Below are positions 11,122-23,496 of a stretch of 64,000 nt of DNA, piece by piece. The stretch is from contig SBBB01000011.1 in the NCBI GenBank assembly GCA_005239895.1, forward strand, positions 24,957 through 88,956, written 5' to 3'. Every line of letters begins with the position of its first letter. The stretch's first letter is position 1. Both the position numbers and the translations under genes were made by a program. The DNA is from a bacterium. Its GTDB lineage: Bacteria > Patescibacteriota > Patescibacteriia > SBBB01. The notes beneath the pieces were generated by a model that was given only the letters and a program-made list of their open reading frames with translations, did not search any database and was not told the origin of the DNA.

Positions 11122-12516
11122 TTACTTTATCATCTCGCTAATTTTGTCACTAATGCGCCTCAAACGCGCTTGCGCTTTCTTGTCACCCTGCGCTTTTGCC
11201 TCCATTTCCATATCTACAAAAGTAAAAAGTAAGTCATCTAGCTGATTATCGTCCAGATCGCTTAGGTACGGTTTAATATCTTTATTAAAAGATGTATGTA
11301 AACTTTCATTTAATAAACAAGCTAAATACCTTTTTTCAAAGTCACTACCACAATACATAACAATTCGAACATCATCTTTTATTTTTCTAGTTATTTCTTT
11401 GTTCAATATTGAACCTCTAATACTAATAAATTCTCTAAAAAGAGAAACTACTCCATTTTTAAAAAGCTCAGGATAACCTTCTATGATCTGTTGTAAATCG
11501 AGGTCTTGAATCGCAGCTGATAAACGTAGGGTGGTAGATAAAACATCTCGCCACTTATTATGATCTTCAGAAATAAATGTAGCACAGAGCGTCCCTCTTT
11601 CGCCTCTATCTCTGATAATTCGAAAACCTAATTTTTCTAAAACTTCTGTTGAAAAATCCTGTCGATCTATTGCCCCCTGATAACCAGATTCAACATATCG
11701 AAACGATATAGTGTATTCGGGACGATCTTGATACATTTGAGCACTCATTTCAATATAATGTTTTCCAGTCGCAACTGTAAAATCAACAAAATCTTCTCCA
11801 ATAACTGAAATAATATCTCCTCTTTCTTTATTAAAAAAAATAGCATTTGAAAACACCCCTAATTTATTTAAAGTTTCATTAAAAATAATTTTACCAATTT
11901 CTGATTCCGACACTCCGTTTTTAGTAATATCTAATATCTTAATATGTGTATTTTTTTCTTCTGTAAAAAATAAAGAATTTTTTATATTCTCAACCTGAAA
12001 TTTAGATAGATTAACCGCTCGTGTTATAATTCCATGAAAAAACCTTACAGCTTCTTCTAAAGAATCAACTTCTTCCCATTTTAATAAGGGTGTCCCTTTG
12101 TCGTTTAAAATTTTTGAAAACTCATTATATGCTTCGCGACCTTTTTCTGAAAGATACGTTTTTCCATTTTCACTGACATCAACACTACCATCTCCATGTC
12201 TTAAAACATCGTTACTCCCATAACCAAAACGAGCAATCAATGAAATCTTTTCTGCATTCGTAGTAAACCTTGCAATTAAACCTTTAAGATCTATACTGCT
12301 TAACTCGGCACCAATTTTAAATCCACAAAAATTTGTAATGGCAAAAAACATGTCTTCGATTTTTTGTGTCACCCTTTTATAATCTTGCATAAATCGTCCA
12401 GCAGTCATTGAACTTGGTTCTGTGATGGCAAGTATCGCACGAGCCTGATCAGATAGTTTATTAAAATCAGAAAGTATTTCAAAATTTAAATCTTTGGCTC
12501 GACGAACACTTTCCAT
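11122..12516 (-). CDS. Hypothetical protein, paralog of the upstream ORF; possibly 3' half of a frameshifted gene
   Basis: 464-aa ORF; GKH...SGY...LRLSAAIQDLDL...LFKNGV. Confidence 0.75.
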   Translation of the reverse strand: MESVRRAKDLNFEILSDFNKLSDQARAILAITEPSSMTAGRFMQDYKRVTQKIEDMFFAITNFCGFKIGAELSSIDLKGLIARFTTNAEKISLIARFGYGSNDVLRHGDGSVDVSENGKTYLSEKGREAYNEFSKILNDKGTPLLKWEEVDSLEEAVRFFHGIITRAVNLSKFQVENIKNSLFFTEEKNTHIKILDITKNGVSESEIGKIIFNETLNKLGVFSNAIFFNKERGDIISVIGEDFVDFTVATGKHYIEMSAQMYQDRPEYTISFRYVESGYQGAIDRQDFSTEVLEKLGFRIIRDRGERGTLCATFISEDHNKWRDVLSTTLRLSAAIQDLDLQQIIEGYPELFKNGVVSLFREFISIRGSILNKEITRKIKDDVRIVMYCGSDFEKRYLACLLNESLHTSFNKDIKPYLSDLDDNQLDDLLFTFVDMEMEAKAQGDKKAQARLRRISDKISEMIK

Positions 12517-12556
12517 ACTGTTTTTAATAGAATCTTTTACTTCCTTTTCTTCTTTA

Positions 12557-13570
12557 TTATAATTTAAAAAAATCTCCTAAAATAACTTTTTCTTTTTGAG
12601 AAAAGAATTGGTCTAAATTGCTACTTTCCATCTTAAGCATTTCTTCGTAATGATCTGGTATTTCAAAAGCATTAAGAAAAAATTGCATATTAGTAACACC
12701 AGCCCCAAACAACTTAACAGCCAATCTTACTTGTTCATCCTTTAAATATAAATCAAGATCTTTCACTGACTGACATAATCGTAAAATGGTTCTAAATTTT
12801 TCTCCTAAAACTCTATTATCCGAAAAATATAATTGAGTATTTACATCTTTCGTATTTTGATCAGCATAAACATAATTGCTTTCTAAATTACGATTTGTAA
12901 ATAAATATTTTAACCACGCACCTCGAACATATTCCATACGCGCTGTTAAATTTTGGGAACTTTCATAACCAGAGGCAGTGTGTTGATAATTCAATACATT
13001 GGGTATAATATTTGTATTTGGTGAAAGAAAAATGGATAAAGACTCTTTGTGATTCCCTGGATCCATTATAATAGTAAATATTTCTTTGGATACACTAACT
13101 ATGGCTTTAAATCGATTTGCTATGGGTGGACGAAATTTTTGAACCTCGTCTTTTAATATTGCAATTAATTCTCTAATTTTAAAATCTTTTTCTGTTAACT
13201 GTTTAGGATCATTTATCTGAATTTTCACAAATTTATTTTCCAACAATACATATCCTTCCTGGGTAAAAGGTTTGCCAACCTCTGGAGCGTCTTCAATAAC
13301 CCTACTTAAATCGTGGGTTTCTAAAAAATAAGAAATAGTTTTTGAAATTGCTAATTCAAAACTTGGGTCATTTTTTTCAACATTTATATTCAAAACATTA
13401 TTTGGTATTAACGGAATTTTTTTAAGCTCATTTATTAGATCGTGACGTTTAGATAAACCATCATTTTTTGATTGTAAGTAGTACTTCCAAACAGCTATAA
13501 TAAATAATTTTAAATTATTATTTTTATCTTCTTCTTTTTCAATATATGGCTCGTGCTCGTATTCAGGCAT
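12557..13570 (-). CDS. Hypothetical protein, paralog of the downstream ORF; possibly 5' half of a frameshifted gene
   Basis: 337-aa ORF; GNH...SGY...LRLCQSVKDLDL...LFGAGV. Confidence 0.75.
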   Translation of the reverse strand: MPEYEHEPYIEKEEDKNNNLKLFIIAVWKYYLQSKNDGLSKRHDLINELKKIPLIPNNVLNINVEKNDPSFELAISKTISYFLETHDLSRVIEDAPEVGKPFTQEGYVLLENKFVKIQINDPKQLTEKDFKIRELIAILKDEVQKFRPPIANRFKAIVSVSKEIFTIIMDPGNHKESLSIFLSPNTNIIPNVLNYQHTASGYESSQNLTARMEYVRGAWLKYLFTNRNLESNYVYADQNTKDVNTQLYFSDNRVLGEKFRTILRLCQSVKDLDLYLKDEQVRLAVKLFGAGVTNMQFFLNAFEIPDHYEEMLKMESSNLDQFFSQKEKVILGDFFKL

Positions 13571-13616
13571 AATTTAAATTATTCATTATTAACTTTATTC
13601 CTCATTTTAAAATGAC

Positions 13617-13877
13617 TTACTTAATTTCCGGCCAGATTTGTTTACCATCATCATCGTAAACATATATAGCTAAAGTAGGACAAGATTTCGCAGCTTCTAA
13701 TATTAATTCAGCATCTTTTTCATTAAGATCTACATACTCAGTTAAATCACTAGAAGCTGAACCGTCTTTTTTTATAATAACTGATTTACCTTCTTGATCT
13801 AATTTAAAAACTAAAGGAGCAATCGCCACGCAATTAGCTGCCCCAATACATAAATCGCGATCAACTCTTAAGCGCAT
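13617..13877 (-). CDS. Monocluster ferredoxin (probably 3Fe-4S)
   Basis: VDRDLCIGAANC...AAKSCPTLAI. Confidence 0.9.
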   Translation of the reverse strand: MRLRVDRDLCIGAANCVAIAPLVFKLDQEGKSVIIKKDGSASSDLTEYVDLNEKDAELILEAAKSCPTLAIYVYDDDGKQIWPEIK

Positions 13878-13894
13878 ATTTAAAAATTTAAAAA

Positions 13895-14308
13895 TTACAA
13901 ACTTGTGTGATGTTTCTTCTTTTTAACAATACGTAAATGCAATAAAGCTTTTTGCAAAGTTGCCTCAACTTCAGCTACTTCGATATCGGTTAGCTTGCCT
14001 TCTAATAATTTTTCAGCTCTAATTTTGGCTTCGTTTGCCTTAGTCTCATCTAATTCGTCAAAATGATCAGCGCTATCCGCTAAAATAGTAACTTTATTAT
14101 TTAATACTTCGACAAAACCCCCGGTAACCGCAAAATTAATATTATTACTTTGATCCGTTAAAATTCTCAACTCACCAGGTACTAACACGGATATTAATTT
14201 TTCATGACCATCCAAAACCGTAATCTCGCCATCCAAAGTGTTTAGGGTTGCGCTGACGGACGAACCCTGCCAAATTATATTATCCTGTGTAATTAGACAA
14301 ACATCCAT
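13895..14308 (-). CDS. atpC: ATP synthase F1 epsilon subunit
   Basis: GEITVLDGH, FAVTGGFVEV, VTILADSA. Confidence 0.95.
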   Translation of the reverse strand: MDVCLITQDNIIWQGSSVSATLNTLDGEITVLDGHEKLISVLVPGELRILTDQSNNINFAVTGGFVEVLNNKVTILADSADHFDELDETKANEAKIRAEKLLEGKLTDIEVAEVEATLQKALLHLRIVKKKKHHTSL

Positions 14309-14345
14309 ATTGAAATAAGATTTAAGATTTACTAATTACTAATTA

Positions 14346-16837
<2,492 letters not shown>

Positions 16838-16906
16838 AATTTAAGATTTAAGATTTTGAGTTGTAAACACTTTCAACTCTCAACTTCAAAATTCAAAATT
16901 CAAGCT

Positions 16907-18823
16907 TTACTTGACCACTTCTCCTTCAATCGGCTCATCGTTTGGTTTGCTGCTGTCTGTCTCTGGAGAAGATTGAGTAGAACTGTCAGATGATGTTTTG
17001 CTAGCTTCAGCCTTAGCAGCTTCAGCTGCTTGATATAATTCTGCACCAACCTGCTGAATAACAGTATTTAAATCATTAAACGCAGTTCTGATTTGAGCTT
17101 CGTCATCACTGTCTTTAACTTTTTTTAAAGTTTCTAACTTTTCTTGCACTGTTTTTATAGTTTCTTCCTTAGCTTTATCTTTAGCATCCGCAAGCGTCTT
17201 CTCTGTGGTATAAATTACAACATCCACACTATTCCTAAGATCAATCAAGGCTCGTTTCTTTTTATCTTCTTCCGCGTGCAGTTGAGCGTCTTTGGTCATT
17301 TTATCTACTTCTTCTTTACTTAATCCTGTTGAAGCTGTAATCGTAATCTTTTGTTCTTTATTGGTGGCTTTATCTTTAGCAGAAACATTTAAAATACCAT
17401 TAGCGTCAATATCAAATGTAACTTCTACTTGAGGTATGCCGCGCGGAGCGCTAGGAATACCAGACAAAATAAATCTCCCTAAGGTTTTATTATTTTCCGC
17501 CATTTCTCTCTCTCCCTGTAAAACATGAATTTCAACCGAAGTTTGTCCATCCGCAGCCGTAGAAAAAACTTGAGATTTAGAAGTTGGAATCGTAGTGTTT
17601 CTTTCAATTAATTTTGTCATAACTCCTCCTAAGGTTTCTATACCTAAAGACAAAGGCGTAACATCTAATAATAAAACATCGTGCAATTCGCCTTGGAGAA
17701 CACCAGCTTCAACAGCTGCCCCGACTGCCACAACCTCATCTGGATTCACACTAATATTGGGTTTTTTATTGAATAACTTTTCTACGGTTTGCAAAACTAA
17801 TGGCATGCGAGTTTGTCCTCCCACCATAATCACTTCATTTATATCTGTAACTTTAAGACCTGCGTCTTCTAAAGCTTTCTTGCAGGGAACTAATGTCTTT
17901 TCCACTAAATCTCCCACCAATTCTTCTAGTTTCGCGCGCGTCAATTTAAGCAATAAATGCTTAGGACCCGAAGCATCCGAAGTAATAAAAGGTTGATTAA
18001 TCTCAGTTTCAACCACTGTAGATAATTCTATTTTAACTTTTTCAGCGCTCTCTTTAATTCTCTGTAGGGCAAATTGATCTTTGGACAAATCAATACCTTG
18101 ATCTTTTTTAAATTCATCAATAATCCAAGTTATCACTCTTTGATCAAAATCATCTCCACCTAAATGCGTGTCACCATTAGTTGCTTTTACTTCTACGATG
18201 TCGTCTCCTATTTCTAGCACCGACACATCAAAGGTTCCACCACCCAAATCATACACTACAATTTTTTCATTTTTCTTTTTATTAAATCCATACGCCAAAG
18301 CCGCGGCTGTCGGCTCATTAATAATCCGTTTTATATTTAATCCCGCAATCTGACCGGCGTCTTTAGTAGCCTGGCGCTGAGCATCATCAAAATAAGCTGG
18401 AACCGTAACCACAGCTTCGGTAATCTTTTCACCCAAACGTTCTTCCGCATCGGTTTTTAATTTTTGCAAAACAAAAGCTGAAATTTCTTGAGGAGTATAT
18501 TCTTTGTTATTCATCACAACTTTAATACCTTCTCCGGACTGTATAATTTTATAGGGTGTAAGTGACAAGTCTTTTTGCACCTTAGGATCATCAAACCTGC
18601 GACCAATTAAACGCTTTATAGAATATAAAGTATTGATTGGATTTGTTACGGCTTGGCGCTTAGCTAATTGTCCAACTAATCTTTCTCCGGACTTAGATAC
18701 AGCTACCACTGATGGGGTAGTTCGATTACCTTCTCTATTTTCTAACACCTTGGGCTCACCACCTTCAATAATCGCCATGCAAGAATTAGTAGTTCCTAAA
18801 TCAATTCCTAAAATTTTCGCCAT
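16907..18823 (-). CDS. dnaK: Chaperone DnaK
   Basis: [23 protein letters not shown]. Confidence 0.99.
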   Translation of the reverse strand: MAKILGIDLGTTNSCMAIIEGGEPKVLENREGNRTTPSVVAVSKSGERLVGQLAKRQAVTNPINTLYSIKRLIGRRFDDPKVQKDLSLTPYKIIQSGEGIKVVMNNKEYTPQEISAFVLQKLKTDAEERLGEKITEAVVTVPAYFDDAQRQATKDAGQIAGLNIKRIINEPTAAALAYGFNKKKNEKIVVYDLGGGTFDVSVLEIGDDIVEVKATNGDTHLGGDDFDQRVITWIIDEFKKDQGIDLSKDQFALQRIKESAEKVKIELSTVVETEINQPFITSDASGPKHLLLKLTRAKLEELVGDLVEKTLVPCKKALEDAGLKVTDINEVIMVGGQTRMPLVLQTVEKLFNKKPNISVNPDEVVAVGAAVEAGVLQGELHDVLLLDVTPLSLGIETLGGVMTKLIERNTTIPTSKSQVFSTAADGQTSVEIHVLQGEREMAENNKTLGRFILSGIPSAPRGIPQVEVTFDIDANGILNVSAKDKATNKEQKITITASTGLSKEEVDKMTKDAQLHAEEDKKKRALIDLRNSVDVVIYTTEKTLADAKDKAKEETIKTVQEKLETLKKVKDSDDEAQIRTAFNDLNTVIQQVGAELYQAAEAAKAEASKTSSDSSTQSSPETDSSKPNDEPIEGEVVK

Positions 18824-18885
18824 ATTTTCAAAAAATAAATTAAATAAAAAACGCTCGTGCGTTAATAAATATAAAACCCAAAAGA

Positions 18886-19467
18886 TTAAACGTTCTTAAT
18901 AATTACTTTAGCTGGTTTGATAACCTTGCCTTTACAAGTGTATCCCACTGATAATTCTTTAACCACTATTTGTTTAATTTTATTCTCAGTGTTATTGTCA
19001 ACTGTAATTGTTCCTTCCAGTGAATTTTGCTCTTCGCTTATCGCTTCGTGCATCTCGGGATTAAAAACACTATTAACACTATCCATGCGAACCACTTCCC
19101 ACTTTTTAAGCAAATTTTCAAACTGCTTGGACACTTGTATTATACCATCGTATAAGGCTTTGTCAATAGACTTATTATTAGATTCTAACAATTTACAAGC
19201 CATGCAAAAATTGTCGTAAACCTCTAAAAAATCAGACAATAAAAACATCTTAGCGGTTTCAATATAAGCTTCTCTTTCTTGATCCGTAGCTTTTTTTAAA
19301 TTCTGATAATCAGCCTTAGAACGTCTCCAGCCATCCAAATAAGATTGAGATTCGTTTTTTACTTTCTCTAGATCAGCCTTAAGAACTTCTAATACTTTTT
19401 CTAAGTCTGAATCCGATGGCAAAACACCATTAACCAAAGTATTGTTTGTATTATTTACATCATTCAT
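18886..19467 (-). CDS. grpE: Nucleotide exchange factor GrpE
   Basis: [19 protein letters not shown]...VIKPAKV; upstream of dnaK. Confidence 0.95.
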   Translation of the reverse strand: MNDVNNTNNTLVNGVLPSDSDLEKVLEVLKADLEKVKNESQSYLDGWRRSKADYQNLKKATDQEREAYIETAKMFLLSDFLEVYDNFCMACKLLESNNKSIDKALYDGIIQVSKQFENLLKKWEVVRMDSVNSVFNPEMHEAISEEQNSLEGTITVDNNTENKIKQIVVKELSVGYTCKGKVIKPAKVIIKNV

Positions 19468-19554
19468 AAAAAAACTTTTAGCTTTTAGCTTTTAGCTTTC
19501 TAACCCTTCCGACCTAAAGATCGTCAAGACCTGCTACTTTCTACTTTCTACTTT

Positions 19555-19716
19555 TTAACTTATTTGTTTATCTGCAACAATCATCAAAGAAATAATAGTT
19601 ACTAATAAACCAATCACAATGTCATTTCCTCTAGCAAATCCACTATATCCCCATACAAATGGAGATAAAATTAACCAAATTCCGAGTAAAGTTTGAGCCC
19701 ACACTACAGGTTTCAT
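19555..19716 (-). CDS. Small SPW-repeat membrane protein (53 aa)
   Basis: Not in ORF track. Manual translation MKPVVWAQTLLGIWLILSPFVWGYSGFARGNDIVIGLLVTIISLMIVADKQIS matches the W..LLGIWL..SP(W/F)..GY...N.IVIG pattern. Confidence 0.8.
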   Translation of the reverse strand: MKPVVWAQTLLGIWLILSPFVWGYSGFARGNDIVIGLLVTIISLMIVADKQIS

Positions 19717-19754
19717 ATGTTAAATATTTGTAACTTAAAAATTTTGGCGGGTTT

Positions 19755-19788
19755 AGTAGTCCGACTACTCATAAGTAGTCGGACTACT
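19755..19788. repeat. Palindrome family D (AGTCCGACT core) copy 1
   Basis: agtagtccgactact-cata-agtagtcggactact. Confidence 0.75.
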
Positions 19789-19831
19789 TTATGAGTCTAA
19801 TTCTTTATTCCGAACACACACTTTCTACATT

Positions 19832-21349
19832 CTACAACACTTTAGACACTAATGTCAAAATGGTTCTAACTCCAAAACCCGTAGCACCTTTAGCTATACA
19901 ACAGCCATGGATGGTTTCAGCCCAAGCTGGACCAGCTATATCAATGTGAGCCCAAGGTATGTTTTCTGTGAACTCCTCTAAAAATAATCCAGCGGTTATA
20001 GTTCCTCCATACCTGGATTTACTAGTATTCCGCACATCCGCTACTTCGCTCTTAATTAAACTTTTATATTCTGGTACAAGCGGTAGTTCCCAAATTTTTT
20101 CTCCACTTATTTTAGATGCTTTCTTAATCATTTCAGTTAACTTGTCATTATTACTCATTAAACCTGCTACCTGTTCTCCTAAAGCTACCATACAAGCTCC
20201 AGTTAAAGTAGCTAGATCAATCATATAATCTGGTTTTAAATTTGTGGCATAACACAAACTGTCAGCTAAAATTAAACGACCCTCAGCATCGGTATTCAAA
20301 ACTTCTATGGTTTTACCCTTCATGGTTGTTAAAATATCACCAGGTTTAATGGCTGTTCCGGATGGCATATTTTCGCAAAATGCCATAATTCCATGAATTT
20401 CTATTTTGGGCTTTAAAACTTGCAAAACCTTAAACACGCCTAACACGACCGCAGCACCAGCCATATCTAATTTCATAGTTTCCATATGGTCCGAACCTTT
20501 TAAAGACAATCCACCAGAATCAAATGTAATACCCTTACCCAATAAAGCGATTTTTTTACTAGATTTAACCTTTTCAGGTTTATAAATTAAATGCACAAAA
20601 TACGGTTCTAAATTAGAACCAGCTGACACACCCAAAACCCCACCCATTTTCATTTTTTTGATTTCATTTTTATTATAAACCTTAACTGTAATCATTTTAT
20701 TTTTTAAACCACTGGCTACATTTGCTAAATATTTAGGCGTAGCTATGGACGGCATTTCGTTTACTAAATCCCGCGTAAAATTTGTAGCGGAACAAAAAAG
20801 TTTAGAAATTTCAATTGCATTCTGCGTCTCTTTTAAATTTATTTTTTGTGCTGAAAAAACCAAAGAAACTTTTTCTGGTAACTGATGATTTTTTAACTCC
20901 TCGGTTTTATATTTCAAAAATTTATAACTACCCAAATAAAAACCATCGCTTAAACTAGATACTATAGTTTGAGCTTCAAATTTTTTAACTAATTCTTCTT
21001 CTATAACCAAACTTAAAGTTGAACATTTTAAAGATTTGGCCTTACTAATAATATAACTAGCCAAAACTCTTAAAGTGTCTGGTGTGCATTCTGAAAATTT
21101 ACCACCACCTATTAAAATAATTCGCTCGGTTTTTAATTTATCATTACCATAGCATGTTAATACTTGACCCACTTCAGCTTTCCAGAATTCAGATTTAATG
21201 GTTTTTACTAACGCATTATTCAAAAGACTGTTGATTTCTTGGCCTTCTGAGCCTAAATCAACCTCGTCTTTTTGATTTTTAAAAACTATTAAAACTAAAG
21301 CTTGACTGCTTATCGCGTTTAATTTGCTAGATTGTACTTTAATTTCCAT
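19832..21349 (-). CDS. pepA: Leucyl aminopeptidase (M17)
   Basis: GKGITFDSGG, MKLDMAGAA, NTDAEGRL, ATLTGA. Confidence 0.97.
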   Translation of the reverse strand: MEIKVQSSKLNAISSQALVLIVFKNQKDEVDLGSEGQEINSLLNNALVKTIKSEFWKAEVGQVLTCYGNDKLKTERIILIGGGKFSECTPDTLRVLASYIISKAKSLKCSTLSLVIEEELVKKFEAQTIVSSLSDGFYLGSYKFLKYKTEELKNHQLPEKVSLVFSAQKINLKETQNAIEISKLFCSATNFTRDLVNEMPSIATPKYLANVASGLKNKMITVKVYNKNEIKKMKMGGVLGVSAGSNLEPYFVHLIYKPEKVKSSKKIALLGKGITFDSGGLSLKGSDHMETMKLDMAGAAVVLGVFKVLQVLKPKIEIHGIMAFCENMPSGTAIKPGDILTTMKGKTIEVLNTDAEGRLILADSLCYATNLKPDYMIDLATLTGACMVALGEQVAGLMSNNDKLTEMIKKASKISGEKIWELPLVPEYKSLIKSEVADVRNTSKSRYGGTITAGLFLEEFTENIPWAHIDIAGPAWAETIHGCCIAKGATGFGVRTILTLVSKVL

Positions 21350-21376
21350 ATTTATTTTTTAATATTAATTGATTGT

Positions 21377-21407
21377 GGGACGCAGCTTCGTATTATGCCT
21401 GCGTCCC
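21377..21407. repeat. REP-like hairpin or terminator
   Basis: gggacgcag...ctgcgtccc. Confidence 0.55.
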
Positions 21408-21442
21408 CTTAAAATAAAAAAGTATTGTGCGCTATTATGGCG

Positions 21443-21895
21443 CTATACCAACATCAATGATTTTAGAGTTGCTGAATCATCAGCATAATACCGATAAACA
21501 GCAACAATCTCGTTGGCATTGTCGTGCCAACAAATTGAATCCACAATTGTCTCGGGCCTAAATTTAACCACAAACCTGGACTCATTTAATAAATATGCTC
21601 CACACGACGAGCACTTTGCATCCAAGCTAAATCCCCTACCCGAAGATTTTGTCAAATACTCCAGATTCAGAGGAGCATCAGCTCTTAAGACTTTAGGTTT
21701 TCTACGCCCATAAAACAAGCATTTCAAAATAATATCTCTGATTTCTTTGGGCATATTGTTGCCAAAAATCACATACCGAGGCAAGGCATCTTCGCTCACG
21801 CCCTGCTGGTTGTTATTCAACCTTGTTTGTAACTCCGTAAGCCTGAATGTAAACAAACTTGGAGTATGTCTAGTATTTGAAAAACCTGAAAACAT
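21443..21895 (-). CDS. Hypothetical protein with CxxC...C-x-H motif
   Basis: Start reassigned to ATG at 21895, preceded by AAGGAGG; CSSC and CWH. Confidence 0.7.
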   Translation of the reverse strand: MFSGFSNTRHTPSLFTFRLTELQTRLNNNQQGVSEDALPRYVIFGNNMPKEIRDIILKCLFYGRRKPKVLRADAPLNLEYLTKSSGRGFSLDAKCSSCGAYLLNESRFVVKFRPETIVDSICWHDNANEIVAVYRYYADDSATLKSLMLV

Positions 21896-21908
21896 AGTCG
21901 CCTCCTTT

Positions 21909-22436
21909 TCATATTGTACAACATTCAACATTGTCACTGATAAAACCCGTTACACCCTTATCAATCTTCCCTGAAGGATAAACAGTACAAAGACGATATA
22001 GATCGCCATCAAAACAATCTCCAGTAAGAAGACTTACAGGCTTCTCAAAAATACGAGAGAGTGCCAGAAACGGCTTAACATCTTTAGACATCCGAAATTC
22101 TCCTAACTGCTCGTAGGTTTCAATAGTGAACGGCAACTCCACCTCTACGATATTGTAAAGCTTCTCATTCAAACCACCCCAGCTCAAATTAAAAGGAAAT
22201 ATCCGTTTAATCTTCTTTTGTTGTGGATTAAACATGGGTCTTAACATCTGTGGTGTGATGCCAACGAGTGGTAACACTCTAGTCATTGGCAACATCCATA
22301 CAATCTCACTACAAGTAATAGAAAGAGATGAAACACTGTTTAACTGTCTTACAAATAAACTCATGCAGTCAGTTTTAATAAACTCTTCTCTAATGACTTG
22401 ATCTGTAACATCTTCTGGCTGTTTATATTTAAGCAT
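21909..22436 (-). CDS. Hypothetical protein
   Basis: 175-aa ORF, SD AGGAG, candidate TTGACT-16-TAAAAT promoter at 22484-22511. Confidence 0.7.
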   Translation of the reverse strand: MLKYKQPEDVTDQVIREEFIKTDCMSLFVRQLNSVSSLSITCSEIVWMLPMTRVLPLVGITPQMLRPMFNPQQKKIKRIFPFNLSWGGLNEKLYNIVEVELPFTIETYEQLGEFRMSKDVKPFLALSRIFEKPVSLLTGDCFDGDLYRLCTVYPSGKIDKGVTGFISDNVECCTI

Positions 22437-22588
22437 TGTTGTCTCCTGTTTTAGTTGTAGATACTTGATTGTTTATACAAATAATTTTACACGATCTATT
22501 TATAAAGTCAAATAATTTAACAAGTACAACTATTATTTACGCCCAACCATTTTAAAATTCACCATAAAATATGTTATAATACAAATAT

Positions 22589-22780
22589 ATGAATACTGAT
22601 AAAATAAAAATAGTTCTAGGTGTTATTATTTTTGTTCTTATATATCTTTTAATCGGAGAAACCATAGTCTGGTTATATTTTATACCTATTGATACAGGAT
22701 TTACCCTTGATAGTTTTATGTCCTCTATTCCTATAGCTATTATATGGCCTGCTACATTGCCATCTTTATTTTTCAAATAG
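22589..22780 (+). CDS. Small two-TM membrane protein
   Basis: 63-aa hydrophobic ORF ending AIIWP. Confidence 0.55.
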   Translation: MNTDKIKIVLGVIIFVLIYLLIGETIVWLYFIPIDTGFTLDSFMSSIPIAIIWPATLPSLFFK

Positions 22781-22876
22781 AAACATCTAAAACAGTCAAC
22801 TAAATTACAAACAATACCAGACGTAATTACAAACAAAACTAAACGTATAAATTATATATATTATTAGTCTATTACC

Positions 22877-22910
22877 GTGACGCTATATCTCGATCGTGAT
22901 GAAGTGTCAC
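22877..22910. repeat. 34-bp palindromic repeat family A, copy 1
   Basis: gtgacgctatatctcgatcgtgatgaagtgtcac. Confidence 0.85.
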
Positions 22911-23001
22911 AGTGCAAAATTAGTATAATTTAATACAAATACTAAAACTTGCCATATAACACCTAGGCGCGATCGAGCTTAAGAGTGATAGCGTCAAAAA
23001 G

Positions 23002-23241
23002 TTAAACTTTTAGTTTTTCTAAATATGCAGATACTTGATCCACATCCGAATCAGCTAAAATATGTCCATCAATATCTAAAGTCGGGGTTTTGGTTTGACC
23101 AGATTTTTGTAACATCTCTTTAAAAAATTCTTCATTAGTCAAAACATTTCTTTCTTCAAATTTTATTTTTTTCTTATTTAAATAATCTAAAACATCTTTG
23201 CACCACGGACACCCTGTTTTAACATATATAATTATATTCAT
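23002..23241 (-). CDS. Glutaredoxin/NrdH-like protein
   Basis: CPWC, SGQTKTPTL; start placed at MNIIIY. Confidence 0.9.
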   Translation of the reverse strand: MNIIIYVKTGCPWCKDVLDYLNKKKIKFEERNVLTNEEFFKEMLQKSGQTKTPTLDIDGHILADSDVDQVSAYLEKLKV

Positions 23242-23306
23242 ATTTTTAATCATTATCGTCCTATAATTTACTCCAAGACTTATAAACTTTAAAAAAATTA
23301 TCATTT

Positions 23307-23444
23307 TGTCATCCTCGGGCTTGACCCGGGGATCCAGGTTATGTTTAATAATTCTATACTCTGACCAGATATGCTGTCGACCACTATTGAAACAATGATC
23401 GTAAACGTGCGCGCTCCTGGATTCCCGCCTGCGCGGGAATGACA
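23307..23444. repeat. Bipartite palindromic element family B (dRS3-like), copy 1
   Basis: tgtcatcctcgggcttgacccggggatccagg...cctggattcccgcctgcgcgggaatgaca; contains ATTCCC-N8-GGGAAT. Confidence 0.8.
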
Positions 23445-23496
23445 GGAAAAACGCAGAAATGACAGGAAAAATTTTCTACTTTCAACTTTTTACTTT

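Noticed and set aside
22552-22836. 94-aa minus-strand ORF
   Set aside because: Non-ATG start and overlaps the more plausible two-TM plus-strand ORF at 22589-22780
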